Positions 12,719 to 25,820 of a stretch of DNA of 44,361 bases are shown here, in pieces. A program made the position numbers and the translations under genes. The stretch's first letter is position 1. Each line of letters opens with the position of its first letter. The stretch lies in the NCBI GenBank assembly GCA_032718475.1, contig JAUCBJ010006152.1, forward strand, positions 1 through 44,361, written 5' to 3'. Under the pieces are notes generated by a model that was not told where the DNA came from, searched no databases, and worked only from the letters and a program-made list of their open reading frames with translations. Origin of the DNA: Nemertoderma westbladi. Lineage: Eukaryota > Animalia > Xenacoelomorpha.

Positions 12719-13591
12719 AGCTGCTATATGAGTTTATCGATATTATAATTACTTATAATTAGGCTAGCGGTCATCGCTGCCTACCCCTCAATGCCCCCGG
12801 ACAGCGCAAGATCCTCAGCGCTGATATACTGTCGTCGCTGTGCTTCTCGCCAAAGTAGTAGCTACACAACGACAACAATAACCAGCGCGAGTCACTCCAC
12901 CGTCCGTCCCAAAGGCTTAGATATACTTCAGGTTCTTACTGGAGAGTTAGGGCTACTTTCACAATTACGACTCGCTACTGTAAACACACTTTAGTAGTAA
13001 CATTCACCTATAAATGCACAAATTCCACACAACTGTCACAAATTGTACACATTCGGGCCATTTGTCCGTTAGCCAAGTGCCTTCCAGAATGCCACATTAT
13101 CATTATGTATCCCTGGTTACTAGCAGTGTGCTATTTATTCTGTATGCTATTCAATGGGGCAAGCTTTCTATTGTTCTTTTAACTCGCTTCTAATTCTAGC
13201 GTGGTTGTTGCTATGGTGACATTATGGAAAGCTAGCAGTAGGATTAGGGTAATTTCCATGCATACAGATCTGGGATGCTATTTAATAGTAATTCTTTAAT
13301 AATTTTGTTTTATACATGTCTTCTATGTTCGAGCTCTATTACATATTACTGACATATTGTAAATATTGGGCACATAGTACTTGTCAATTATACAGAGTTA
13401 TTTACTTTCTATTTGTATACAATAATAATGGAATAACCATATTATATAATTATTTAATTAATATCCATTAAATGGTTGCAGATTAGCTCTTAAAGTTCGT
13501 ATATAGAGGAGCTAAAATTCGTAAAACATCAAATTCTCTCTCAGAGTAAGAAATACTCTAATGTTATAAAAGTAATCTCAAGTCTCCAAGG

Positions 13592-13780
13592 TTACAGTTT
13601 TGTACTATCGAGTGTGCTATGCCTCGTCATTTCCGAATTGTAATTGACAGTTCTTTGATTGACAAAAGCCAAGCGCTGTTGGTTACCCCGGCAACAAACG
13701 CGACGAAAGTCCCGACGAAATTGTTGTGACATAATATTATATAATATTGGGTTCACTGCTGAGTTGAGATAAATTAACAC
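13592..13780 (-). pseudogene. Class A GPCR C-terminal fragment, duplicate copy
   Basis: Translation identical to 14221-14409; offset 629 bp. Confidence 0.85.
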
Positions 13781-14220
13781 CTATGAGAATTCCTGGATTC
13801 AGAGTAGGAATACCTCATCAAGGCCCGCCTGGTGGGGGGTGGTACCTAGGACAGGTGTCGCATTCCCTCTGACCACTGCAATTGAGAGCCGCTGGAAAAG
13901 GAATTCTGTATCTCCCGCAGTACTGCGGTGCCTTCTGCACCGATTGGGCCTAAGGTCTCTAAGGCAATAGTGCGGAATAAGTGGTGGTGCTGGAGCGCAG
14001 CATACTTATTTCCTTTACTTGTCTCTGCCATTAAAGCGGCTGCACCTGCAGATTTACTTGTCTCGGGTAGATAGGAAGGAGCAAGGGTGTCCCTGCAAGT
14101 AAAGTCCCAAACGAGTGGGCGGCCTGAGGACCAAGGGGCAAAGGTCAAACCGTCTGGTTTCTTGCCGTCTTGTGAAAGTCCTCGAGGCTCCGTTATAAAA
14201 GTAATCTCAAGTCTCCAAGG

Positions 14221-14409
14221 TTACAGTTTTGTACTATCGAGTGTGCTATGCCTCGTCATTTCCGAATTGTAATTGACAGTTCTTTGATTGACAAAAGCCA
14301 AGCGCTGTTGGTTACCCCGGCAACAAACGCGACGAAAGTCCCGACGAAATTGTTGTGACATAATATTATATAATATTGGGTTCACTGCTGAGTTGAGATA
14401 AATTAACAC
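14221..14409 (-). pseudogene. Class A GPCR C-terminal fragment (TM7, helix 8, tail), TRH/ETH-receptor-like; copy adjoining the long CRE fragment
   Basis: [30 protein letters not shown] shows NPxxY, helix-8 FR and a di-Cys. The tail ends in STKL. No TM1-6 sequence was found in the window. Confidence 0.85.
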
Positions 14410-14427
14410 CTATGAGAATTCCTGGAT

Positions 14428-15190
14428 TCAGAGTAGGAATACCTCATCAAGGCCCGCCTGGTGGGGGGTGGTACCTAGGACAGGTGTCGCATTCCCTCTG
14501 ACCACTGCAATTGAGAGCCGCTGGAAAAGGAATTCTGTGGACCTAGGTTCACCTGTTTCCTTGGCGATTCTCCGCCCTATCTCCCGCAGTACTGCGGTGC
14601 CTTCTGCACCGATTGGGCCTAAGGTCTCTAAGGCAATAGTGCGGAATAAGTGGTGGTGCTGGAGCGCAGCATACTTATTTCCTTTACTTGTCTCTGCCAT
14701 TAAAGCGGCTGCACCTGCAGATTTACTTGTCTCGGGTAGATAGGAAGGAGCAAGGGTGTCCCTGCAAGTAAAGTCCCAAACGAGTGGGCGGCCTGAGGAC
14801 CAAGGGGCAAAGGTCAAACCGTCTGGTTTCTTGCCGTCTTGTGAAAGTCCTCGAGGCTCCAGGGTGGAGGCAATGCCGGCTGATGAGAGTGCACGGTGAA
14901 TGATGTCATTGGCCTCTGCATGACGGGTGTATTTCCCATAATTGTGTAAGCAGCTGAGGCCATGACTTCCACTCGTGTCGACTTCCAACCCGCAACCCCT
15001 GCAGGAATGCTCCTCGCAAATAGGTGTACCCAAGCGGAGAGCTGCTCCCACCCGCAGCTGCTCATCACTGAGGCGAAGGCCTAGGGATGATACCGGCAGT
15101 GCCCTTAGCCAGTCCCCGGCGTGGTCTGCGGCGGCAGCTAGGAGACGAGCCTTCTCTTTTGCTGATGAGGCTTTGGTGATCAGTTCATCC
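14428..15190 (-). mobile_element. 5'-truncated CRE-clade non-LTR retrotransposon fragment (Zn knuckle plus restriction-like endonuclease)
   Basis: LRLG..C...C..C...HGLSC...RH...EP...KKPDGLT..W..G..LVWDFTC...KY...IALETLG...FQRLSIAVVRGNA, the typical C-terminus of CRE/R2-superfamily RLE domains. Confidence 0.85.
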
Positions 15191-15448
15191 TGTCATCCTT
15201 TAATAATTGTCAATATTCCCCTTTATACATGATTTTATAAATTTTATCGGCTATTGACTAGATATTGGAGATTCTTGCACACTAATATACTTAATAGGGT
15301 GAATCTCCGCTCCCATGATCTATTAATTAATGTAATTTTGGGAATGCTATAAATTGTATAAAATGACAATTTATTAAATTCATGAGCGGATATGAATTTA
15401 AATTTATTCCCGTAAATTTTATTATTTAACACTAAAATAGACACAATT

Positions 15449-15830
15449 TTATTCCAGAGCATGTCTGGGGACTAGGATCCTTAATTCTAGAAAATTTGTC
15501 TATTTAACTTTTTAAGAGTATCGGTAAGTGCTACGATATCTTAATCGACTAGAATTTTAGAGGATCTAAATTTTAACAGATTTTGATTTATAGATTTTCT
15601 AGAGATTATTTCTTAGCATTTACTCTATTGTAACATTTGTTTTGACAGATTTTTGTAAATATTAAATAATTAATATTTAAGATGGGCACCGATTTATTCC
15701 AGAACTTGTCTGGGGACGTTAACCACTGATTCTAGAATTTTGTCTTTCAAGTATATCGGTGGGTGCCGCGATATCTTAATCGACTAGAATTACAGATGGT
15801 CAAAGGGTGTAACAGATTTAATTTGCGTTT
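15449..15830. repeat. Diverged direct repeat pair in the BEL/Pao 3' non-coding region
   Basis: ttattccaga...tgtctggggac...ttctagaa...tatcggt...cgatatcttaatcgactagaatt occurs at about 15449 and about 15693. Confidence 0.75.
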
Positions 15831-16347
15831 TACGCTACTGTTAAAGGGACATCACGCTACTATATGTATTATTTAATATACGGTATGAGAGCAATATTGC
15901 AAGGAGCAATGTCAGTGAGAAGAGGCAAGTTGTTTCCAAGGTCTACCCAGAGCTTGGTTTAGCCGAGACACGAGGATCTGAACTTTGCATTCCTAATACT
16001 CTACTTACCAATAATTCTTGAGTATATTAGGAGCTTTATTATTGTACTTTAATAAGTACGGACATTTCATCTTACTGTAGTCACGTATTTATAATATGAT
16101 ACGGACAGTAAGGAAAGAGAAAAAGAATTATTTCTCGCCGTTGCACTAAATATATAATGTAAGTAATTAAGTAATAAACACAAATATATATATTGCACTA
16201 ATCTACTGAATAATCGCTAAATAACATTCTACTAAATAAAATTAAAGAAAACGATTATAATAAAATTACATAATAATACATACATAAATATAAAAATAAT
16301 AAAAACAAATATAAAATAATGTAGTCACACACCCACTCCTTACGTTG

Positions 16348-19300
16348 TTACGTTGGGGAGTCCCTAGATGTTTGTTGGATTAGGAAAGTGGTCGTGGGAA
16401 GAGTATCTTGCGCTCCATAGTTTCCAGATAGTTCTCTGTCTCTTTCCAGTAAACATAAACGACCGACTGGGCGATTGAGTTGCTGTGTTTCGAATACAAT
16501 TACAGGTTTCTTAAAGTTACGTTGCATGACGACGAGTTCTACCGATCGCACTAAACCATCATTGGATATATGAGTCTCGATGATACGACCTGTCTGCCAC
16601 TGCTTACGTGGAAGATCTGATTCCACAATAAGGACTATGTCTCCGGCGCTGACGTTTTCTTGCTGCGAAAACCACTTGGTTCGAAGTTGTAGCGTAGGCA
16701 GATAATGTTTTTCGAAATGGTCAGTGAAACGACGGGATAATAACTGCATAAGTTGCCAAGTTTGTCGGCAGTATTCGTCTCCGTCCATGATTTCCGATTG
16801 TGGGAGCATGGCTACAGGTTTCTTCAGTAGGAAATGCGCGGGTGTTAGCGCTTCTAGGGAGTCGGGACTCGATGAGACTGGCATAAGCGGTCTCTCGTTA
16901 AGATAGGCGGCGATTTCTTCCATTAACATCCGCAAAAGTTTGTCGGTGAGATACGCGCGGCAAGGCACTATAAAGTGAAATGCGGTCTTCAAGCTCCTTA
17001 TTAATCCCTCCCAACTTCCTCCCCACCAAGGGGCGTCGGCGGCGATAAAGGTCTAGCTAGATGCTGTTACCCTTAGCTGATCGTCCACCTGTCTTTGGTT
17101 CCAATCTTTAACGTAAGCTTTGATCTCATTATTGGCGCCAATGAAGTTCGTTCCCTTATCAGATCTCATCGTGTTGCTAGTTCAAAAGCGAGCGATCTGT
17201 CGGCGTAAACTCAGTATGAAGCTGTTGGTAGATAGATCGTTCACCATATCTAGATGGATCGCTCTACAAGTCATACAGACAAAGATGACACACCATCGCT
17301 TGACTATAGTCCTAGCACGATATACTTCAATAGGGCCAAATAAAATCCACACCAGTATTAGTAAAAGGTGGTTCATAGAAGCTTACTCGTTCCCTAGGTA
17401 ATTCTGCCTCTCGCTGTGTTAAAGGCCTACTGAATGCTTTCCTACAGGGTATACAGTTCCTAAGAACTTGGTTCAGAGCTCTACATGGTTTATGAAAATA
17501 ATAGCGAGTTCGAATTTCGCTAAGAACTCGTTCTCTACCAGCATGGTAAAGCCTACTGTGAACATCTACAATCATCTTGATTTGTATTTCAAGATTTCTA
17601 ATGAGTATGGGAAACTTAGTGTCAAAGGATAATGGAGCATTAGTTAGTCTCCCTCCAACACGTATTAACCCATCTATCATTGTGCTAGAGAAACGATCCC
17701 TTAAGCGCGTCTGTGGATTTCTCAACAACAGGAAATACTTATCGGAATCTTCATAGCATTGCAGGAGTCTCAGTATCTGCTTATTGGTTTCTTCATGCTC
17801 CTGGTAACTGATCTTCTCCGTCAGAAACCTATCTGATACTTTGTATTTGGGAAGATCTTTAATAGCATGGACCTGCGCGGATGTCAGTAGAGCTGTATCA
17901 CTAGCAATCTTCGTCCTGGAGTAGTGATGATGGAAGCATCGCTTCAAATACACGATGGCCTTACAAAGCCGATTCCAGGAGCTATAGTGATTTATCGCTC
18001 TCTGCAGGAGAGGTGAGAGTCCCTGCGAGATGTCTGGCGTTCCAGATTTCCAGTCTCTTTCTCTGATTTCTACAACAGATTTATTTGTGGAGGGGGAGTT
18101 TAGATCCACAGCGCCGTCCTGGGAGATGTGTAGTACAGACAAATCTATCACGGGTTTAAATAACTTTGATTTACTCGTCCGGGTTTTAGGTTTGACTTTC
18201 TCCGCTCCCTTGGCTTGTCTAATCTCAGCCGTGGTAAGATGAGGAGGCCATTCATCCTCTTCTTTACTTAGGAAGTCGGGTCCACCTAACCAGTCTGGAG
18301 TATCTATCAGTTCTTGAGGAGTTGCTCCTCTGGAGGCGATGTCGGCTGGATTAATCGTCCCAGGGCAATGTCTCCATTGATCTACATTAGTGCGACTAAG
18401 TATAATGGCTACTCTGTTGGTAACGAAGACGCTGAACTGACAGACTTCCTTGGTTATATACTCCAAAACGAGTAAAGCATCGGTCCAATAGACTGTTTTC
18501 TCCAGTGGATAGTCGATCTGTTCGGTTACATTCCGGCCGATGGCTGTAGCATATAGAGCCGCCTTTAACTCCGCTCGAGGAACTCGTAGTTTGTTGTTTA
18601 TCAAGGCCTTAGAGGTTACCAAGGCAACTTTATTTCCATCTGGAGTTTCAACCCTCAGGTAGGCTACTATACCTATTCCCATATCGCTGGCGTCTACAAA
18701 CACATAGAGTTGATAGGAATACGTGGGGAGAACGTGACCAAAATATGAACGGGAAAACATAAAGTTCTCGATGGATGGTAGAGAATCTTCCCCTTTCATC
18801 CACTTCTTTAGTAGTTCTCCCTTAAGTGGATCGTCCCACGAGTGGTTTTCAAGCCACATTTGTTGCACTAAGCTCCGAGCAACCAAGATAACTGGACTAA
18901 TAAATCCCAATGGATCGAAATAAGTGCTCAGGATACTTAGACAAATCCGTTTAGTTCTAACTGGATTATCTCGCTGCTTTAGCTGGAAAAACAGGATATG
19001 TCTCCGTGTCCATTTCAAACCAAGCGTCTTGGTTTCTGGAAGATCGTCCTTGATAGGGTCCAGATCTTTAACACCTCGGTCTTCTACAGGGATCGATTCC
19101 AGAAACTCACGGGAGTTACTAGTGAATTTGGTTAGTCGAAATCCACCACGTTTCAAGCACTCTACTGTTCCCTTGGCAACATCAATGGCTTCTTCCACCG
19201 ATGGGAGGGACTTTAAATTGTCGTCCATGTATATATCCCGTTTGATGTTGTCGATAACCGCTTTAGAGAAGGCGTCTCGGTGGTCATCAGCAGTGGTACG

Positions 19301-20769
19301 CACTACTGAACAAGCGTTCGAGGGGCTCGAGATGATCCCAAAAGCCTGGATGGTCATCCAGTACTCCACCGGTTTTTGGTTGAGGTCTCCTTCAGGCCAC
19401 CGCAGAAATCGTAGGCTGTCTCGATCCCTATCCAGCGCCTTGACTTGTAAGAACATGCCTTCTATATCCGAAGCGAAAGCGATAGAATATTGCCGTAATC
19501 TTAATAGTATTCCCAACAAGGATTGGAGTAAGTTGGGTCCCGGCAACAATTCGGAGTTAAGGGATTGGCCCATGTAAAGGGCAGAGCCGTCGAATACTAC
19601 CCGGACTTCGTTGGGTTTACCGGGTTTGAGAACGTAATGATGTGTTAGATAATACGTTCTCTCCGTTATGGGTGTTTCGTCCGGTACTCGCTCCGTGTAT
19701 CCCTTATCGATGAATTTCTTCAGCTGGGTCTTATACATTTCCTTCACTGAAGCATTTGCCGTAAGACGCCGATGTAGTTGCGCGATTCCCTTCTCCGCTA
19801 AAGGTCTGTTATTTATAAAGTTGGGTTCTCGCCGTCGGAACGGAAGACCAATCTCATATCGACCTTGATCTTTAAGAAAACGGGTAGTCGTTTCCTGAAT
19901 CTGCTTGGCTTTCTCCTCCTCGACGGACAGGGCCTTGTCGTAGGAATTAGGCTCTACGGCTTCTTGAGTAAAGAATCGTATGGCGTGTTCATCGCGAATC
20001 TTATTGTTGTATCGATCTATCACCTCGTTTAATTCATCGTTGTAGTCGAATTGTCCGCCATGATTGATGAGATGGCACAGGTTTACTTGGTTTCGCCAAG
20101 TTTCATTTTCGGTGAGGAGGTCGATTGTATTTTCCTCGTCGAATAATTGGGTAATATCGTCGTTATCTGAGGAGTATGATGTTCCCTCAGTTGTGGTTTC
20201 TCCCTCACTGATTTCTTCTTCCCATTCACTCACCTGATGTACCTTTTCGTTAGGTAGTCTTTCCATGAGTGTTCTACGGGAAGGTCCAGTGAAGTACCAA
20301 CCTACTCTCGTTCTTCCCGCATATGTTTGTAATGGTTGCGGTCGAGCAGGCCGTTTTTCTAATGTCTCAAGCGCCTCATGCGCATTTTGGCCGATCAATA
20401 TCTGTACCCCTGGGTAGTCGTTGTTGAATCTAGGGATATCATGCTGCTGGGTAAAATGATCTTCATCCCAGTTATAAGGTTCTACTTGGCTGGTAGCAAA
20501 GTTCTTTATCGCCACCATTTTTACTGACCTTATGCTATGTTCTCCTAGTTCATCCTGGGGAGTGGACAACGCGCCTACATAGTAGTCTGTAGCTACTGTG
20601 GATTTCCAAACCTGCATAATTCCTGAAAGGTTCAACTTAGTTCGGAACTTGGGTTGTCCAGCAAAGATGTCTTTGGCTAGTTCTTTGTCGATGAATGTTC
20701 CTGTGCTGCCGGAGTCAAGGAGGGTGTTTACTATAAAACTCTTACCTATCCCATAGACTCTCAGCTGAA
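16348..20769 (-). pseudogene. pol: BEL/Pao pol: aspartic protease, RT, RNase H, integrase (frameshifted)
   Basis: Protease LLDSGSTG at about 20700-20725. RT RVVFDGSA, SDIEGMFLQV and YMDD (about 19220-19231). Pao RNase H FVDAS, PRAEL, YWTD, NPADIASRG. Integrase H..H..C..C, TGVD, CRAIHLD, LNERPL...LTPAHFL and GLVRSV. Frameshifts or stops near 20640-20770, 17330 and 17000-17180. Confidence 0.93.
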
Positions 20770-23700
20770 CTACTGGGAATTCCCGAATTCCGACGTTGGA
20801 AGTCGGTGCTTTCCAAGATGGTTGTCGATCCGGAATGTCAATTGTACTTCATTATCAGTTTCAGTCTCATACGTAAGAGCTCGATACACCACGGTGTTTA
20901 TAATATAACAGGATTCGTTTTCGTCGGAGAATTTGTCCGTGTAAAATCCTTCCATCTCAGAGCTGTGGTCAGTGTCATTCACATCACTGAATTGGACATG
21001 TAGTTTGGACTCACTTACCTGACTCGTGCTGGTTCTTTCAAATTCTGTGTGCAGCAAGATATGATGTTTCGCGCCGCACTTAGCACACCTCGCGTCAGAG
21101 TAACAGGTTCGCCGTTGGTGTCCTCGTCTGAGGCAATTATAACACAACCGCTTATCCCACATGACATCACGTCTATCCTTTAGGGATTTCTTCAAGAATT
21201 CATCACACCCACTCAAGCGATGGGGCCCGTCGCACAATACACATTTGGGCTTGATGTTACTTACTTTGTGCTGTGCTGTGTGGTGCACACTTGTTCTTTC
21301 CTCGGGCTTTCTTCCATGAATTCTCTTAGGAGACGTAGGAGTTGTTGTTACCTGTTCTCTCCTGTCACTGGTTTGAGACTTAGATTTACTTACGTCTTTC
21401 CGAGTTTTGTTGACATAATAAGATCTTTCGGTGTCTTTCCCGCTGTTCTCCTCGTGGGAGGTCTGGCTTTCGCCGTCGTCTGTATAACACACTGGTGCTA
21501 CCTTTCTCCTAGAAACGGGTTTTTCACTTACCTCACTTTCAGGAGTCTTCTCTCTAGACTGTTTTAGGAGTTGTAATCTTACCTCTCTGTTTAAAAATGA
21601 CAGAAGGTCCATCATGGTTGGATCTCTATGTTGTTGGTCCATCAAATAGAGAACCTTTTTGTCCCAGCGAGTACCTACTTCACCCTTTGGCAAAGTTGAT
21701 GCTAAGGCTCCTACAACCATAGAATTCTGGTATTCATGAGACTTACCCAACCAGTCTAACTGTCTACAGATCTCCTGGATCTCATCGGAAAATTCTATAA
21801 TCCCGCTGCTAAGAAACTTTCGGGGCACCATTAATTTCGCATATAAATACCTAGCTATGTTAGTCCTATTACCATACCTGATGTTTAGTGTATCCCAAAC
21901 TTGGCTTAATCCATCTGGATGTCCAATAAACTTTAACGCCATTAACTTGGGAGGTCCTCCAACTCCCTCCAACTCTCGGACCTGTTGGGAGGAACGTGCA
22001 TGATGTTCCTCCATCTGCCCGAGCAGGAGATCCATCCCCCGCCGTCGCTCATCCACCCACTCTACCGCCGAAGCGGGAGCCGCCAACATAGTAGCGGGTA
22101 GACGAGGGACGACGGGCGACAAATCTTTGATGTCTTGCTCGGCGTCCAGGACTGGGATTGATTCAGGGGCTATTCTACTGGGCACAGGTAGTTTAGTACT
22201 GTGCAAAGGGAATTTAGAGTTAGATTCTGGAAGTACAGGGGTCTCTATCACAGATGGGGTGGCTTCAAGAACAGGCCTAATTATTTCAGGCTCATCTACT
22301 ATAGTAGGGAGTCTTTCTTCCCTAATAATTTGGTCTATAGGCGCAGGGTTACTTAAATCTACACTAGCTAGTTGCCTTCTCACAGCTGGAGGCAAATTAG
22401 GTAATTTTTGCCGGTGCAACGCCCTTCTATGTCCGCTGGAACGAGATTTATTTCCTCTACCTTCAGGATATGTTGTATCGCCTTCATCAGAGGATGTAAA
22501 TCCCTGTCTCTTGGGAGTAGATCGACTCAGCAGCTGCATCTGAGTAGCTGTTCTCTGTTTGTTTAAGTAATCTTGCTTCACTTGAAGATTTTCCAACTCT
22601 AGTTGGGCCGTCTCTTCAGATGCCCTCCGTTCTGCTTCTACCACTGCCTCTGCCGCTTTTCTTTCATCTTTCAGCATCTGCCGCCTTTCTTTCAACTTCT
22701 GCCGCAGTCGCTGCCGCTTTGCTTTCAGCTTCTGCCGCCTTTCTTTCAATTTCCGCCGCAGTCGCTGCCGCTTTGCTTTCAGCTTCTGCCGCTGCCGCTG
22801 CCTTTCTGTCTTCTATCTGCTTTTTCTTTAGATGCTCTTCTTGGTTCCTAGCGATGAGGATGCTTTCATCAAATTTAGCCTGCTCCGCGGCTAATATTTC
22901 CGCATCTAACGAGTCCAACACAAATTTGGCCCCTTCACTATTAGGGTGAAGTCCAGCTAGCCTTCTCCTTAGCTCTTTGTCACCTATGAATCGTTGATAG
23001 TCCGACAGATAGATGTCAATAGCATCCTTCTTCTGAGGTTTCTCTGATATAGCTTCGCTTTCCACCTGAGAAAAGGTAGCGTCTGTTGACTCTCCGTGGG
23101 TCATGCGCTCGGTTAGCTGAGCTTTCCATTGTGTCGTTCCCTGGACTTTAAGACTCACCCGTTGGAACCAAGTTTTTACGGCCACTTGCAACGACGTGTC
23201 TTGGCTTCTCTTCGAAGCTTCCTCGAAGGCTGAAAGGATCAGTCTGATTCGTAGGATTCGTTCTCGAACTTGATGAAGCAGCTCTCCCTGCTCTTGAGGT
23301 CCTTGAGGTTGTTGAAACAGGTGTTCCTCTAATCGCTCGAAAGAGCTGAAGAATCCCTAGACATATCCTGCTGCTGACCTCTTCCACACAGCTGGATCTC
23401 TAGTATCCTTTACTACTCCCATCCTGTATAAGTCCTCCCAGGCAGCTTCCGATAAGTTAAACGGGAGTCCGGGTCCGGGGAAGTTCCATTGCGCCTCGAC
23501 AATAGACCTAAGTTCCTCCATTGTGTATCCCGCATAACTGTCCCTGGTCGATCGCTTACTTCTCGCCCAATCGATTTGATGTTCCTTCACAGCGATCAAT
23601 ACTCTAGTGAATACGGCCTCAGGAAGAATTAGAAGTGGATCCGAATAAACTGCTTCTGCCATCCTTGCTCCAATTTCGGGTGTCAACTCTACAGTATCTG

Positions 23701-23980
23701 AACTACTGGAGCTATCGGGCTGTTGAGAAATAAGTCCTCGGTTCGGGTGTTGCTGCTGTTTAACAGCTGCCTCTTGGTCCCGCTTGACTTGAGCCCTAGT
23801 GCCTATGATAGACCTATGGTGCTTTACCAGCCTAGGGTCTGATACTACTACTGTAGGGATGACCTTTCTTACAGTAGGACGGGACTTGGACTTCGGTCTC
23901 AGATGTTCTGCACTCCTATCTGAGTCGCAGACTGTTCTTTCTAGGAGACTATCTGACAATGTTTGCTTTGTGTCAGCCAT
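20770..23980 (-). pseudogene. gag: BEL/Pao gag, frameshifted into four ORF pieces (23357-23980, 23148-23387, 22664-23191, 20770-22749)
   Basis: CVLCDGPHRLSGC / CYNCLRRGHQRRTC / CAKCGAKHHILLH knuckles at about 21049-21243. Successive overlapping minus-strand ORFs lie upstream; that they form a single gag is inferred. Confidence 0.8.
22665..22810 (-). repeat. 54-bp coding tandem repeat in gag (AEAESKAAATAAE[IV]ERKA, about 2.5 copies)
   Basis: Visible in ORF 22664-23191 and as repeated ccgccgcagtcgctgccgctttgctttcagcttctg. Confidence 0.85.
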
Positions 23981-25820
23981 GTTTGATTGTACAGTTAAAT
24001 GTCTACTACTATAACGACAGTTAAAACAAGTCTAGTAATTCAGTATCCACTGTAAGCCTAGTAATTAATTACCGATACCGTTACTCAGTGTAACGTGGTA
24101 TATATACAATATATTAAAATACCGGTATACACTTATAGTATATATATATGTATTATTACAGACTAGGATTAGTCACAGAATACCGGTATATAATTTCAGC
24201 CTAAATTTATATAAATATATATAATAAGCCTACCTTAAATACCGGTAATGCCAATTATTTTATAATAACTGAATTTCTGAATTTTAGGGTGACTTCCCTT
24301 TTACTTGTTACTGTAATTAAGCAGTAGTTCAACTGATATTAAGACCTAATTGATGTATAACAGGCCTACTATTTTATAAATCGGTTTGAGTTGATTTATA
24401 ATATATATATACCCGTACAATGGGTTTTGACAATGTTTGAAATAAATGTTATTATTTCTGGGTAAGGAGTCACTACACAGAAGCTGAATGCTCTCAGTGG
24501 AGTGCTACTTGTTGGACACTAAAACAAATAATTCTACTTTACTAAGTTACTTATTACTACAAATTACATACAATTACTGTGTGAGATTACAATCTCTAAA
24601 TAAACACCAAAAGTTGTACGTACAAATTTTAGGGTAATTTTACAAGAAATCTACAAACCAGCCTAACAAGGAGTTATAATTTCTGGTTATTACAAACGGA
24701 CAGGATACTAAGGTATTTGAAAACAATAAAGCAGTAGCAAGTAAATTGCGTTGTGCAGATAAGAAAATACCACCGTCTGACGACATATAGCCGTAGCGCT
24801 GTAAGTACTACGTCATGTACCCGGAGTGTCCTTACCTAGAAGTTAATTACCGCAGCCAACCAGAGCTAACGTGCCTATTAACCACTTTACAATACAAATA
24901 TACTGCCCACACACTAACTACTTTCGGAAAGCACTGTACTCTAAGCCCTAAATTAGGTACAAGTACTTATACAACAAATAACCAGCAGTTAAATATACTT
25001 GTACAGCTAAAAGAACCACGGTATCTGCTGGAGTGACCAGAGCACAAAATCACCAGTCTTTACCTACGCCATGCAGCCCTGATGTAGTACCGGGGTTAAT
25101 TTAACTATAACGGTATGTATAACAAGCACAATTACTGTAGGAATAAACTTGGGGGTATGTAGGTTGCGAATACTCGCTTAAACTCTGAATAATAAATATT
25201 ACGCTACCCATGCAGACTACACAGACAAAATACAGACCAAATGCTGGCAGACTACTGTCAAGCCTAAATAAACTACAATATATGCAGACTCCGAAATGGT
25301 TAGTTAGTATGCGTTCTAACCGAGTAGTACGACTTATTCTTTCGGGGGGGATTTACCTTACAACACTGGATGCCCCCACCTTCCTAACTAGTACTTTATC
25401 GGACATACACTCTACATACACTGCAATCGCTTCAGACTCAACAACAGCTAGACAACAATCCAGCCTACAAATTATCTATACAATCTGAGCAGGCTTACAC
25501 GCCTTCTGCTCAATATTACACTTACAGATAAATAAAACTGACAGAAATAAATAAAATCCCAATAAAAAACCAGGGCGGCAGTCCCTGATTAAATATCAAG
25601 ACCTACCGGTATATAATTATCAAAATCGAATAATACTGTTGTACCTGTAAGTACCGGTTCGGGTAGTTAGGCAGTTAGGCCTACAGCTTACCGTTCGACC
25701 GGTACCTTCGACTTTATTGCCTACGGTGCAATCAAGAGTTAAAATCTATTATTGTTCTTACCAGAACAATAGACAACTATATTTATTGCCTACTGTGCAA
25801 TAAAGAACAAAATCTATTAT

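Larger units (their letters stand above)
13563..14860. repeat. Tandem duplication (629 bp + 669 bp) of the CRE 3' end and GPCR fragment
   Basis: 13563-14191 repeats 14192-14860, except for a 40-bp deletion near 13909 in the left copy. Confidence 0.93.

Noticed and set aside
13592-14409. Functional GPCR gene
   Set aside because: Only TM7 onward is present, the ORF start is GTG after a TAG, and both copies lie inside an LTR element with no other receptor exons seen.
18924-19577. Antisense ORFs over pol and RTE regions (such as this 217-aa ORF, 22127-22543 and 39188-39535)
   Set aside because: These are shadow frames opposite real coding sequence, with no motifs of their own.
25701-25712. tRNA-Tyr-like PBS (ggtaccttcga)
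   Set aside because: It is on the wrong strand for the element, about 110 bp from the LTR, and imperfect.
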